DNA of 64,000 bases from NCBI RefSeq assembly GCF_006345805.1, contig NC_043016.1, forward strand, positions 22,816,001 through 22,880,000, written 5' to 3'. Both the position numbers and the translations under genes were made by a program. The notes under the pieces were generated by a model. The model did not search any database. It was not told the origin of the DNA and saw only the letters and a list, made by a program, of their open reading frames with translations. The DNA comes from Octopus sinensis. Taxonomy: Eukaryota. Position 1 is the stretch's first letter, and every line of letters begins with the position of its first letter. Positions 63,345-64,000 of this stretch are shown here, in pieces.

Positions 63345-64000
63345 TGCTTCAACACATGAACTATGGTAATATTTTTCATGTTAATTCAAGTAACAGAAAG
63401 AAGTGAACAAATTTATCAACATAATGTGCGTGTATGTGTACTTCATTAATGTTGCATGGAATAGTACAGCATAATGTACTGTATTAATGCAGTGTTGTCT
63501 AGTATATACTATATAATAGAATACAGTGTAACAGTGTATGCATTATCATTATGAATTAATATAATAGTGTGTAGTGCATCATAATATTTATGTTGTTTAG
63601 CATAGTACATCGTAGTGTGTGTGTGTGTATGTATACATATACATACATACATATATATATATAGTGTGTGTGCATAATACACACACACACACACATATAT
63701 AGATAATGTAGCAATAAGAAAATGGAGGGGATCAATAGGTGGTTCATCAACTTTTAGACATTATATCATGTCAACTTATTTATTTATTTACTAAAATGAC
63801 AATTACAATAATATACATTTATGTATAACATATTATGCTTTAAATATAAAATATAAAATATATTAATATATAAGGATACCAGTAATTATTACAAAATAAC
63901 ATACATGAATATATATATATATATATATATTATAAAAAAATAGACTCCCTCGTATGCCAGGGAGTATCCCTAGAAGTAGTAGACTGTTTCCATTACTTAG

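Overview
AT-rich, repeat-dense animal genomic DNA. The SINE/RTE families and long (TA/CA)n microsatellites suggest a coleoid cephalopod, probably Octopus (inference). Two host genes point away from each other. On the minus strand is the first coding exon of a JIP3/JIP4 (Sunday driver/UNC-16) orthologue at 31970-32269; I found no recognisable exon 2, so its first intron appears to run at least 32 kb off the left edge. On the plus strand is the first coding exon of an AtuA/DUF1446-family protein at 58313-58475, with a probable mitochondrial presequence; its intron 1 runs off the right edge. The 26 kb between them and both introns hold mostly decayed mobile elements: RTE-type LINEs (one with a PHD-like finger inside the RT and a minisatellite 3'UTR), Tigger/pogo, two mariner remnants, a hAT element with an 8-bp TSD nested in a LINE, Penelope-like remnants with a hammerhead-ribozyme-like fold, a REL-endonuclease non-LTR fragment, a Gypsy LTR remnant, a fold-back MITE and many SINE copies. 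Most ORFs in the supplied track are microsatellite or repeat artefacts. Identities quoted are by-eye estimates.
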